Shown one piece after another: positions 19,723 through 29,250 of a stretch of 64,000 bases of DNA (its first letter is position 1; each line of letters opens with the position of its first letter). The DNA is from Simkaniaceae bacterium. GTDB taxonomy: Bacteria > Chlamydiota > Chlamydiia > Chlamydiales > Simkaniaceae. Made by a program: the position numbers and the translations under genes. Under the pieces are notes generated by a model. It made no database searches. It was not told the DNA's origin and saw only the letters and a list, made by a program, of their open reading frames with translations. The DNA lies in the NCBI GenBank assembly GCA_050248615.1, contig JBFWSA010000005.1, positions 11,374 through 75,373 of the forward strand, given 5' to 3'.

Positions 19723-20833
19723 ACTCCTTCACACCTCAACCCAATCCCGTGCACGAGTGGGACGCATCCATACCCCGCACGGAGTGATTGACACGCCCAA
19801 TTTTGTTGCTGTAGGAACAAACGGAACCCTTAAAGCCCTCGATAATGCAATGGTGTCAAACATTGGTCTCCAGCTCATGTTCTGCAACACCTATCATTTG
19901 CTCTTGCAACCAGGCCCTGAGGTGATTGAAAAAGCAGGGGGAATCCATCGTTTTATCAACCGCAACCTGCCGATTATTACAGACTCTGGAGGCTTCCAGG
20001 TCTTTAGTCTAGCTTATGGATCTGTTGCCGATGAACTCAAAAGTAAAGGGACGAAAAAACATGGGGGATCCGTGATGAAAATCACGGATGAGGGGGTCCT
20101 TTTCCGCTCTTACCGCGATGGACGCTCGATCCTTTTAACTCCTGAATCTTCCATCGCCACACAAAAATCATTCGGTGCAGACATCATCATTCCTTTTGAT
20201 GAACTTCCTCCCTACCACATCGATCCTCAAGCTTTGCAGCTCTCACTAGATCGTACCCATCGTTGGGAAAAACGCTCTTTAGAAGCCCATCTCAAACATC
20301 CTAATGGACAGGCTATGTATGGTGTCATTCATGGAGGGATCGATGATGCTCTCAGGGAAAAAAGTTGCGCCTTCTTAAGTCAACTTCCCTTTGATGGATT
20401 TGCGATTGGTGGAAGCATGGGAAAAACAAAAGGGGAAATGGTTTCGATGCTCACCTCCCTGCTCCCCAAGCTCCCTCCAGAAGCCCCCAACCATCTACTC
20501 GGGATTGCCGATTTAACATCTCTTGCAGCCTGTGTCCCCTTAGGAATCGATACTTTTGATAGCTCGTATCCGACCAAGGCTGCCCGTCATGGAACTCTAC
20601 TCACCCCTTCTGGAGGAATGAAAATCTCCAGAGGAAAACATCGCGATGAATTTATGCCCATCCAGGAAGCGTGCAGCTGCTTCACTTGCCAAAACTATTC
20701 AAGGGCGTATCTCCATCATCTTTTCAAAGCCAAGGAATTGACTGCAATGACCCTTGCATCGATTCATAACCTCCATTTTATGGTGGACCTTATGGCATCT
20801 TATAGACAAAAAATCTTTTTAAATATTATATAA
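19703..20833 (+). CDS. tgt: tRNA-guanine transglycosylase
   Basis: CNTYHL, TDSGGFQVFSL, GIDTFDS and the zinc motif CSCFTC...HNL. Confidence 0.96.
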   Translation: MTPFKFELLHTSTQSRARVGRIHTPHGVIDTPNFVAVGTNGTLKALDNAMVSNIGLQLMFCNTYHLLLQPGPEVIEKAGGIHRFINRNLPIITDSGGFQVFSLAYGSVADELKSKGTKKHGGSVMKITDEGVLFRSYRDGRSILLTPESSIATQKSFGADIIIPFDELPPYHIDPQALQLSLDRTHRWEKRSLEAHLKHPNGQAMYGVIHGGIDDALREKSCAFLSQLPFDGFAIGGSMGKTKGEMVSMLTSLLPKLPPEAPNHLLGIADLTSLAACVPLGIDTFDSSYPTKAARHGTLLTPSGGMKISRGKHRDEFMPIQEACSCFTCQNYSRAYLHHLFKAKELTAMTLASIHNLHFMVDLMASYRQKIFLNII

Positions 20834-20917
20834 ACATTTAATAAACATAATTTTAATAAATATTATTAATTAAATATTATGATACAATAATTAAGCGTCC
20901 GACTAAAAAGAGGTCAT

Positions 20918-22609
20918 ATGGTCACACCTGCTTCTGCCCAGCTCCCTCCTGAGCAGACTCCTCTTCACTCCAAAAAGAGGAGTGATCACCTCTACCCAGA
21001 AGAGAGTTCTAATCCTTTTGATCCCCACGCAGACTACCATGATGAGGGGAGGTGGATGACCCGTATTAAATATAAAGACTATAACCCCCTTCCAGATGTA
21101 AAAGAAAAATTTGATTCTCGCGAAGAGATGGCCGAAGAGATTGTAGCTACGCGAATAGAAAGCCTTCCGCGGGGAGATTATGGATGTTTTGAAGCGGGGC
21201 TCTTTAAGAAACTATGTGGAGCTGCCTACCGATTTTTCTTCGGTGAAACTGCCTATCAGTTAAAGCTACTCGGGAAAAGCTCTAGTTTGCGCCATCCCAA
21301 TTATAGTGTAAAACCCGTAAGGGATTTTGAGGTGCGCATTACCCCCATAAGACAACTCCGTGAGAATTTAGGAATGACTGACCCCCAAGAGGATTACCGG
21401 ATATGGTCTAAATCTACTTGGTCAAAAAATGGTCCAAATGGCCTAGTCTATAAAAATGAAGAGGGAGAAGATGTTCTTGTCCATGATGCCGTCATTTCGA
21501 GTAACGATCGTTCTGCAGACAAGATCGGAATGATGCGTGCTGTCGATGATCATATCTATACGAATGAATCCATTGCTTATACCGGTCGACCCGATACAAA
21601 AGGAAAAGCGATTGAGCAAATTACGTTTATGTTTCAAAGAGAGCTGAACAAAGGAGATGCAGGACAAGGGATTACTGAAAAAGATGGGGTCTACGAATTC
21701 ACCTATGTCGTGAATAACTTAATGAGTCCTATTGAATGCATTGGACTTGTCACATTTGATGAACTCGCCTCTATTGAACGTGAAAGGGATATTCTCCAAG
21801 AGCTTAGCCAAGAGACCTTAACGATCAATGGGCATCAAGTCAGGGTAAAACCCCTCTACTTCAATCAGATGTTCAATCAAGGAACCTACTACGGAGAACT
21901 CGGTGCAGGAAGCTCGCAAGCAACTTTGAATGCTCCCGGTTATGAAACCCTTTTAGAACTAGCTAGAAAGACAACCCTCTCTGGAGAAGAGCAACCTTTG
22001 TTAGAAGCGGCTCTCCGTCATTTAGAAAACCCTTCCGATCTCCTCCCCGAAGAGGAGCTTTTTTACCGCGATTTACTCTCAAAGCTACTCAGAATCCCCA
22101 TCGTTATCCACTGCAAAAGCAGCACAGATCGTACCATCATTGCCTTAGCCATTTCTATGACACTTAAACAATGGAGAAACACCCATCAAGAGTTTCCCCT
22201 TGAGCACCCTCACCTGATCCTCCAGTCGGAGACCTTTAAAGAACTCTTTGCTGCAAACGTCATGAGTGGACACCAAGTCACACGTGTTTCTCGCACAGCA
22301 CAAGGAAAAATCAAAGATCATGCCTTTGAAGAACGCGTTTTAGGATTCCAATGGGAGGGAAATCCCATTGCTTTACGCCTGATGCCTAACCGCTACAAGA
22401 AAACCTCTCAATCCTCTGATCACCCCTGGTTTATTGGGACCCTCAAATCGATCATGAGCCTAGCGAGCATTTTTTTCTCTTGGGCTACGGACTATTTCTC
22501 AAAAAAACTCGCTTATCTAGAGCGGGCCTATCCCAACGAACAATTTGACACTGAGAGCCCTTATGTCAAAGACCGCAGTCTTTTTAAACCCTCCGGGATG
22601 ATTGTTTGA
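20918..22609 (+). CDS. Hypothetical protein with CX5R phosphatase motif (SopB/IpgD-like candidate effector)
   Basis: VIHCKSSTDRT motif, a P/S-rich N-terminus and an AT-rich upstream region. Confidence 0.6.
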   Translation: MVTPASAQLPPEQTPLHSKKRSDHLYPEESSNPFDPHADYHDEGRWMTRIKYKDYNPLPDVKEKFDSREEMAEEIVATRIESLPRGDYGCFEAGLFKKLCGAAYRFFFGETAYQLKLLGKSSSLRHPNYSVKPVRDFEVRITPIRQLRENLGMTDPQEDYRIWSKSTWSKNGPNGLVYKNEEGEDVLVHDAVISSNDRSADKIGMMRAVDDHIYTNESIAYTGRPDTKGKAIEQITFMFQRELNKGDAGQGITEKDGVYEFTYVVNNLMSPIECIGLVTFDELASIERERDILQELSQETLTINGHQVRVKPLYFNQMFNQGTYYGELGAGSSQATLNAPGYETLLELARKTTLSGEEQPLLEAALRHLENPSDLLPEEELFYRDLLSKLLRIPIVIHCKSSTDRTIIALAISMTLKQWRNTHQEFPLEHPHLILQSETFKELFAANVMSGHQVTRVSRTAQGKIKDHAFEERVLGFQWEGNPIALRLMPNRYKKTSQSSDHPWFIGTLKSIMSLASIFFSWATDYFSKKLAYLERAYPNEQFDTESPYVKDRSLFKPSGMIV

Positions 22610-22666
22610 CCTATAGCAACCCCTTCTGTTACCATTTATCTAAAATCGTAAATTCAAAAAAATATT

Positions 22667-23611
22667 ATGGGAATCTTTCTAGTAATTTTTATGTATGCGG
22701 CTTGGTCGAGCATTTTCTCTCTCGGGAAAATGGCCCTCGAAAATAGCCCTCCTCTTTTCCTGACCGGATTCCGGATGGTTTTTGCCGGTATCCTTTTGCT
22801 CTCCTGGATTTTTATTAAAAACCGGAGTAGCCTGAAAATTGGAAAGAAACAGATTCTCCCTCTCCTAGCCCTTGCGGTTTTTAGCATTTATCTAACAAAT
22901 ATTTTAGAATTTTGGGGACTTCAGCATCTTTCTGCCGCCAAAACCTGTTTTATCTATGGCCTCTCCCCCTTCTTCGCAGCAATCTTCTCCTATATTCATT
23001 TCGGCGAGAAGATGAATAGACGAAAGCTTTTAGGGATGCTCATCGGCTTTGCTGGCTTTGTTCCCGTCCTCATGCTCCAAACAGGATCTGAAAATCTCCT
23101 CACCGCTTTTAGCGTTTTTTCTTGGCCCGAACTAGCCATTATGGGGGCAGCTCTTTTCTCCATCTATGGGTGGGTCCTTCTCCGCATTGTTGTAAAAAAT
23201 CAAACCCTTTCTCCTCTGTATGCCAATGGGTATAGCATGTTACTCGGGGGGACATTCGCCTTTGTTCACTCCTTTTTTATCGATAATTGGAATCCAATTC
23301 CCATTGCGGCAGGGAAATTAGCCCCTTTCATTTATGGAATCTCTCTGATGACCCTGATCTCCAATATTCTCTGCTATAACCTCTATGGATTCATGCTGCG
23401 CAAATATACCGCTACCTTCCTCTCCTTCGTCGGACTTTTAAGCCCGATCTTTGCTTCACTTAATAGTTGGATTCTCCTGGGAGAAACGCCCTCATGGGTC
23501 ATCCTCCTTTCTACAGCAGTCGTTTCTCTGGGTCTTTTTATCGTCTATCAAGCCGAGCTCAAACAGGGCTATATTGTCAAAAAAGAAGAACAGCTTGCCA
23601 AAGCCTCTTAG
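22667..23611 (+). CDS. DMT/EamA family transporter
   Basis: About 10 TM segments in two EamA repeats (PPLFLTGFR, HFGEK, LLGE). Confidence 0.9.
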   Translation: MGIFLVIFMYAAWSSIFSLGKMALENSPPLFLTGFRMVFAGILLLSWIFIKNRSSLKIGKKQILPLLALAVFSIYLTNILEFWGLQHLSAAKTCFIYGLSPFFAAIFSYIHFGEKMNRRKLLGMLIGFAGFVPVLMLQTGSENLLTAFSVFSWPELAIMGAALFSIYGWVLLRIVVKNQTLSPLYANGYSMLLGGTFAFVHSFFIDNWNPIPIAAGKLAPFIYGISLMTLISNILCYNLYGFMLRKYTATFLSFVGLLSPIFASLNSWILLGETPSWVILLSTAVVSLGLFIVYQAELKQGYIVKKEEQLAKAS

Positions 23612-24399
23612 CTTTCTATGAGACGTCCGACAAAAATCCTTTTATAGTGTTGGCGCCCCTTTTTCGACCATTGAAGGATATAGCAATTTTCGCTCATATG
23701 AGATAAGTACAGGCGAGAAGTTCCGATCCCACTGTGCTCCGGATAGCGAGAATCTGAAGCCCCATGAGCTTTCCGCGTGCAGTCAATGATGGAAAAGGAA
23801 AAATACCCCTCCTCTTCTTGATAAACATTTTGCACAATCATCACATGCGTCCCTGTCTGCTGGTCAAAACAATCTTCGGAAGAGCTCCTTGGAGAATACT
23901 CTAAGGGCAAATAAACCATCACATCTCCCGGCTTGACTGATTGCATATCATCAATAGGCATCCAGTATTTCAACTTACACCGCTGAAAGGTCATGGCTAT
24001 ATTGTAAGGGCAAGGAATCCCATCAAACGAAGCGGGAATGCCCTCTTTTTTCTCTAATTCTATCATCGTTCTCACCAACTCCTTTTGAGCCGCTGGAGCC
24101 GCTATCTTGAGAAAATGATTCACAAATCCGTAGCAATTAAAGTAGTACTTTTCCTCCATAATCGCATTGACATGGGAGTAGGAAGAAAGACTTCTATTGA
24201 CTGCAACTCTATTAACCATACTTTGCGCTTTAAGTAAAAGCGTTTCGCAGGCAAAAAGGGGCTTAAAAGCAGGAAAAGAGACGGGTAAGATAGGAGCTTT
24301 ACAGGGAACAACAGGCGGGACTTGAGAACTCCCTTCAAAAAGACACCCGACGGTGCGGCAAACAGAGGATACAGGAGAATCAATGACTCCATGTAACAC
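23608..24399 (-). CDS. Hypothetical protein, NlpC/P60-like (papain fold) candidate
   Basis: YFNCYGFV, KPGDV and GTHVMIV give a Cys/His pair. Confidence 0.5.
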   Translation of the reverse strand: MLHGVIDSPVSSVCRTVGCLFEGSSQVPPVVPCKAPILPVSFPAFKPLFACETLLLKAQSMVNRVAVNRSLSSYSHVNAIMEEKYYFNCYGFVNHFLKIAAPAAQKELVRTMIELEKKEGIPASFDGIPCPYNIAMTFQRCKLKYWMPIDDMQSVKPGDVMVYLPLEYSPRSSSEDCFDQQTGTHVMIVQNVYQEEEGYFSFSIIDCTRKAHGASDSRYPEHSGIGTSRLYLSHMSENCYILQWSKKGRQHYKRIFVGRLIES

Positions 24400-24483
24400 T
24401 AAGTCTTTTAAATATCCTGATTCAGAGATAGAAAAACTTGAAATACATTTACTAGCGAATAGGAACCTCCTAGTTTAAATGAT

Positions 24484-24518
24484 TATACTCAAACAACTTC
24501 AAAAGTTGTTTGAGTATA
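24484..24518. mobile_element. 35-bp collapsed mini-form of family A, encoding the GH1 C-terminus
   Basis: TATACTCAAACAACTTCAAAAGTTGTTTGAGTATA. It is the reverse complement of the 10322 copy with one mismatch. Confidence 0.85.
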
Positions 24519-26009
24519 AAAAAGGGGAAGGGACTGTGCACCCTCCCTCAAGTGACCTTCTTGATCACATAATCCGAAATTATGCCCCCATCCTAAATTC
24601 CATTCAAAGTTTTTCATCAAAGACCAGACATAAATGCCTTGAACATCTACCCCTTCCTTCATCGCTTCTGCAATTGCATAAAGGGCCCGGAGCATATACC
24701 GCTGATACTGCTCTTCATCTTCTGTTGAAATGCCTACCTCCGTCACAAACAAAGGTTTCCCCGTTTTTTCATGCATTTCCCTAAGAGCCTCATAGATCGC
24801 AGCAGGATCTTCTCGAAATTCCATTTGGGTCATCGCTTCATGGGGGTAATGGGAAGACTCGAGGATATTCCATCCAAAAACTTGAGCCAGTAAAGGACGT
24901 GCATAGCAATTGACCCCAATAAAATCGTTCAGCTGGGTTATTTCTTTTTCCTCAAAAGAAACATTAGCAAAAAAAGGCATCTGATAATGAAAGATCCCAC
25001 TGGATAAAAACTCCATCACAACACCGTGTGTCATCCGCGTGAGATAGTCAGCTGCAAGGACTTCAAGGGGATTCCATGTGTGATAAGGGACAAAGCGAAG
25101 CGCTTGATGCACAAGACCTATCTGCGCCTCTTCATGAAGAGGTTTAAGGGCACGGTAAGTTTCGCAGTGGGCTTTAAGGAGGTTTTTCAAGACCTCAGCA
25201 GAAAGTCCGCTACCGATTTGATTTGGAGGAAAGTGCCCCATTACGTAACCTGAAAAAGCGACAATCCCGGGTTCATTAATCGTGCACCACAAATGCACAT
25301 AAGAAGAGAGCTTGTTAAAAACGACCTTTGAAAATTCCACAAAAAGGCCAATATTTTCTTCCTTTTCAAATCCCCCTAAATGGGTGAACCAGAGAGGATC
25401 GGTAAAATGGTGGAGGGTAACCATAGGCTCAATACCCGCCTCTTTTAAAAGCTTACAAAAATAGAGATAGTGATTGAGAGCGTCTTCATCAAATACCCCT
25501 TCCTGTGGCTCAATTTTGCTCCACTCAACAGAAAACCGAAAGGTGTTCATCCCAAGATTTTTTAAGATTTGGACAAAAGCTTCGGGACGATTCCATAAGT
25601 CACACGCCACCCCAGACTGCTGCTCCATGGGGAGATTTTCTCTTTCCCACTCTGCCCACTGGTTGTTGGGGCAATTTTCCATCCCCGAGTACTGGTATTC
25701 GCTAGAGGCCGCTCCTCTAAGGGGAGACAGCATGACTTCTTGAATATGGATAGCCTCCCAAAGCTCCGAGCATTGAGCAACAGCGGCAAAACCTTCAGGG
25801 TTTTGCTGAAAGGAGCGAGCAGTAAAACGGGCAAGAGAGGAAATAACTGCACAAGGAAGAAAGAGGGCAAACTGAATGAAACGATAAAATATTTCTGTTA
25901 CATCTTTGACAAAATTTTCTTCTTCACTGAAGAAAGGGGGGAGTAGAGCGGCTTCGAGCCCCTCCCAGATCATGGCGTTAAAACCGCCATCAACAGAATC
26001 AATCGACAC
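24489..26009 (-). CDS. Glycoside hydrolase family 1 (beta-glucosidase-like)
   Basis: FRFSVEWSKIEP, TLHHF, TINEP (acid/base), VTEVG (nucleophile) and WSLMKNFEW. Confidence 0.92.
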   Translation of the reverse strand: MSIDSVDGGFNAMIWEGLEAALLPPFFSEEENFVKDVTEIFYRFIQFALFLPCAVISSLARFTARSFQQNPEGFAAVAQCSELWEAIHIQEVMLSPLRGAASSEYQYSGMENCPNNQWAEWERENLPMEQQSGVACDLWNRPEAFVQILKNLGMNTFRFSVEWSKIEPQEGVFDEDALNHYLYFCKLLKEAGIEPMVTLHHFTDPLWFTHLGGFEKEENIGLFVEFSKVVFNKLSSYVHLWCTINEPGIVAFSGYVMGHFPPNQIGSGLSAEVLKNLLKAHCETYRALKPLHEEAQIGLVHQALRFVPYHTWNPLEVLAADYLTRMTHGVVMEFLSSGIFHYQMPFFANVSFEEKEITQLNDFIGVNCYARPLLAQVFGWNILESSHYPHEAMTQMEFREDPAAIYEALREMHEKTGKPLFVTEVGISTEDEEQYQRYMLRALYAIAEAMKEGVDVQGIYVWSLMKNFEWNLGWGHNFGLCDQEGHLREGAQSLPLFYTQTTFEVV

Positions 26010-26025
26010 AAATCCCCCAAGAAAA

Positions 26026-26102
26026 TGGTGCGGTTACCAAGACTTGAACTTGGGACCTCGACATTATCAGTGTCGCGCTCTAACCAACTGAGCTATAACC
26101 GC
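26026..26102 (-). tRNA. tRNA-Ile (GAU), CCA encoded
   Basis: Reverse complement GCGGTTATAGCTCAGTTGGTTAGAGCG CGACA CT GAT AA TGTCG AGGTCCCAAGTTCAAGTCTTGGTAACCGCACCA. Confidence 0.95.
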
Positions 26103-26118
26103 TAAGCGTTGTGGAAAA

Positions 26119-26191
26119 TGGAGGCTAGGAGAGTCGAACTCCTGACCTTCTGAATGCAAATCAGACGCTCTACCAACTGAGCTAAGCCCCC
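26119..26191 (-). tRNA. tRNA-Ala (UGC)
   Basis: Reverse complement GGGGGCTTAGCTCAGTTGGTAGAGCG TCTGA TT TGC AT TCAGA AGGTCAGGAGTTCGACTCTCCTAGCCTCCA, with the G3:U70 pair. Confidence 0.95.
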
Positions 26192-26475
26192 ACATTATTC
26201 ACGTGGGATGGATCCCATTAAACCTAAAACGATACAAGAAAAGTTCTATTTCCTGCAAGAATGGATCCATTTTGAAAAAAATTTTTCTTTTTTCTTCACA
26301 AAATCTCCCTAAATTGAGAGAATATTCCCATATTGAGGAGTTCTTTCATGGCACCTTCCACGCACTAGCTTAATTAGCTATTTCAAACCTTTATTGGTCA
26401 CCACGCTCAATTTTCGAGCGCATGCTTTTTATTTATATATTTTTTTTTATTTTCTTTGTTGTATTAGGTGCATTT

Positions 26476-27888
26476 ATGAATACAAATGAAATCCAAGAGG
26501 GATCTCTCAGGCAACTGTGGAAAGTGTCTGCATCCCTAATGATCTCCTTTCTCTCCATGGTCTCCATGATGTTTGTGGACCGCCTGTTTCTTTCTTACTA
26601 CTCAACAGATGCACTGAATGCTGCTGCAAGTGCGGGTACTCTCTTTTGGGCAGGTAACTTCATGTGGGTAACCTTAGCAGCTATGTCTGAGGTGTTTGTC
26701 GCTCAATATAATGGGGCTAAACGTTACGATAAATTGGGAGAACCCGTCTGGCAAATGATCTATCTCTCGGGACTATCCTGTATCTTTTTCTTCCTTGTTG
26801 CCCACTTTGGAAGCGCCTTCATGCTAAAAAGTGGATTCATGAATCAAAATGAAGCCGAATATTTCCGTTGGAATAGCTACTTTTCTCCGTGCTGGACTCT
26901 GTTGACTGCTTTGGGATCCTTTTACATTGGACAAGGCAAGACAAGTATTATTAAATGGATGGGAATCCTAGGAAACACCGTAAATGTGATCTTAGACCCC
27001 CTCTTCATATTTGGAGTGGAAGGGTGGATCCCCGCCATGGGAATCAAAGGGGCAGCCATTGCAACAGGAATCGGCATTGTTGTACAAATTGTCATTTTAG
27101 GTTGCCTATTCTTGCACCCTAAAAATCAATCCACTTTTGGAACGGGAAAATATCAATTTCGCCCTCAAGCTTTTTATAAATGCCTAAAGGTGGGCATTTC
27201 CCCTGCGATCTTCGTCCTCTTCGAGTTACTCGGCTGGGCGGCCTTCTATATGATGATGGAGCGGATCAGTGGAAAACATATTTTGGTTGCCAGTGTCACC
27301 CAAAGTATCTTGATCCTTTTCATCTTCTTTGGAATGGCCCTAGAAAAGGGGGCTGCAGCTGTCTCTGGAAACTTAATCGGAGGAAAAAGGCTGGGCGAAG
27401 TCACCCGTGTTTTTAAGTCAGGACTTAAACTTACCCTCTTTTTCGGGTTGTTTTTAGGAGCCATCCTAGGAGGCTTTTCTGACTATTTAATGGACTGGTT
27501 TTTTAAAAACCCAGAAGCTCTCAGCACCTCCGCCTTGGGGATTTCCCCTGAGATGCTTGCTGAGGTTAAAATAGCCTTGCGCACAGCAATGGTTGCCATT
27601 GTGATCTACCTCACTCTAGAAAATGTTCGCTGGCTTCTCAGTGGAATTTTAACTTCTGCAGGAGATACCTTCTTCTTAATGGTAGCAGGAGCCTCTTCGA
27701 TTTGGCTTTTCATGCTCTTACCCACCTATTTTTTCGTGATGCGCCCCAAAGCCAATATCGAAGTCGCCTTCTACATCTGGATTTTCTATAGCGTTATGGC
27801 ATCCTGTCTCCTCACATGGCGTTTTTTGCATGGAAAATGGAAAGAAAAGCACTTAATTGAAGAAGAGCCCGTCTTAGTCGCTGACTAA
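26476..27888 (+). CDS. MATE family efflux transporter
   Basis: VDRLFL, VAQYNGAK, NVILDPLFIFG and MGIKGAAIAT, about 12 TM segments. Confidence 0.92.
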   Translation: MNTNEIQEGSLRQLWKVSASLMISFLSMVSMMFVDRLFLSYYSTDALNAAASAGTLFWAGNFMWVTLAAMSEVFVAQYNGAKRYDKLGEPVWQMIYLSGLSCIFFFLVAHFGSAFMLKSGFMNQNEAEYFRWNSYFSPCWTLLTALGSFYIGQGKTSIIKWMGILGNTVNVILDPLFIFGVEGWIPAMGIKGAAIATGIGIVVQIVILGCLFLHPKNQSTFGTGKYQFRPQAFYKCLKVGISPAIFVLFELLGWAAFYMMMERISGKHILVASVTQSILILFIFFGMALEKGAAAVSGNLIGGKRLGEVTRVFKSGLKLTLFFGLFLGAILGGFSDYLMDWFFKNPEALSTSALGISPEMLAEVKIALRTAMVAIVIYLTLENVRWLLSGILTSAGDTFFLMVAGASSIWLFMLLPTYFFVMRPKANIEVAFYIWIFYSVMASCLLTWRFLHGKWKEKHLIEEEPVLVAD

Positions 27889-29250
27889 AGAATGGCCTGT
27901 CGCCTGCCAAGCATGGACACCTCCAGGGATATGGGAAATCGCCTCATATCCCCTACGTTTAGCAAGACTTGCTGCTAAAATAGAGCGGTACCCTCCGGCA
28001 CAGACAAAAACCAATGGGCTTTTAGGAAGCTCATTAATCCGCTGAGGGAGATCTAAACACGGAAGATGCTTTGCACCCACAATATGCCCCATCATCCATT
28101 CCTCCATCGAGCGGACATCGATCACCTGGCATTCAGACCTTTTCTTCTCTACTTCATGGGGAGACATCTCGCCGATTTTTTGTAGGGGCAATTGAGCCTG
28201 CTTCCAGGATTCCATGCCCCCTTTGAGATACCCTTGGACTTGGGAAAGCCCTACCCGCGCTAGAGCATTTACCGCTTCTTGAATATGGGTAGGATCATCG
28301 GTCACCAGGAGCAAGGGGGTGTCATAAGGAACAACCCAAGAGGCCCAAAAACCCACCTTAGCCCCAGCCCCAATACAAATCGCTCCAGGAATATGTCCAC
28401 CGCTAAAAGACTTTTGATCTCTGAGGTCAATAATCACATGCCCTCTCACCATGCATTTTTGATATTCCCCTACATCCATCGGATGAGGAAAAGAAACTTT
28501 ATTCCTCTCACCAGAGACATTGTATGCTTTCATGCGAAAAAAGTAATCGGGACAAGGAATAGGGTGTAACAAAGCACATTCAACGCACTCTTTCTCACTC
28601 ATATTTGGCCTTAAATAGGGGTTCGTCAGACGTTCTTGCCCTAAAGTAGAAAAGCTCTGATCTCTCACCCCCGCTGCACAAAAAGAACCCGCCCCATGAG
28701 CAGGATAAATCTGGATAGCATTCGGAAGGGGATAAAGCTTCGTTTTGATGGATTGATAGAGTTTCTTTGCTAAGGGACGCGCAGTCTCTTCCCCCAAAAG
28801 ATCGGGGCGACCAAAGGAGCCATAAATCAAAAAATCCCCTGAAAAAAGGGCTTTAGGCTCCCCCTTTTCATAAGCAAGAAAAGAGATGTGTTCAGGTGTG
28901 TGCCCAGGGGTATGTAATACCTCTAATAGAATAGAGCCTAGTTTAATCCGGTCTCCATCTAAACACTCTTTATGGGGAAATTGCACTTCATATTTTTCTC
29001 CCTTGTCATATCCTGAAAGCATTAATGTTGCGCGCGCGCGCATCGCTAAATAGCGCGCACCTGAAGCATAATCTGCATGAATATGGGTCTCAAAAACATG
29101 GGAAATCACAAGCCCATTTTTCTCAGCATATTCTAAGTAGATCTCGACATCAAACCGGGGGTCAATGATCGCAATCTGCCCCTTTTCTCTGCATCCTACT
29201 GCATAGGAATAATGAGAAAGTCCCCTTTCTTCAAATCTCTCAACTAGCAT
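27874..29250 (-). CDS. MBL-fold hydrolase/persulfide dioxygenase fused to two rhodanese domains
   Basis: ETHIHADYASG, TPGHTPEH, PAHGAGSFC and a rhodanese CAGGYRS motif. Confidence 0.9.
   Translation of the reverse strand: MLVERFEERGLSHYSYAVGCREKGQIAIIDPRFDVEIYLEYAEKNGLVISHVFETHIHADYASGARYLAMRARATLMLSGYDKGEKYEVQFPHKECLDGDRIKLGSILLEVLHTPGHTPEHISFLAYEKGEPKALFSGDFLIYGSFGRPDLLGEETARPLAKKLYQSIKTKLYPLPNAIQIYPAHGAGSFCAAGVRDQSFSTLGQERLTNPYLRPNMSEKECVECALLHPIPCPDYFFRMKAYNVSGERNKVSFPHPMDVGEYQKCMVRGHVIIDLRDQKSFSGGHIPGAICIGAGAKVGFWASWVVPYDTPLLLVTDDPTHIQEAVNALARVGLSQVQGYLKGGMESWKQAQLPLQKIGEMSPHEVEKKRSECQVIDVRSMEEWMMGHIVGAKHLPCLDLPQRINELPKSPLVFVCAGGYRSILAASLAKRRGYEAISHIPGGVHAWQATGHSLVSD

Noticed and set aside
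26026..26191. tRNA-Ala/tRNA-Ile pair as an rRNA spacer or island attachment site
   Set aside because: No rRNA sequence flanks it, and I saw no integrase or duplicated tRNA 3' end in the window.
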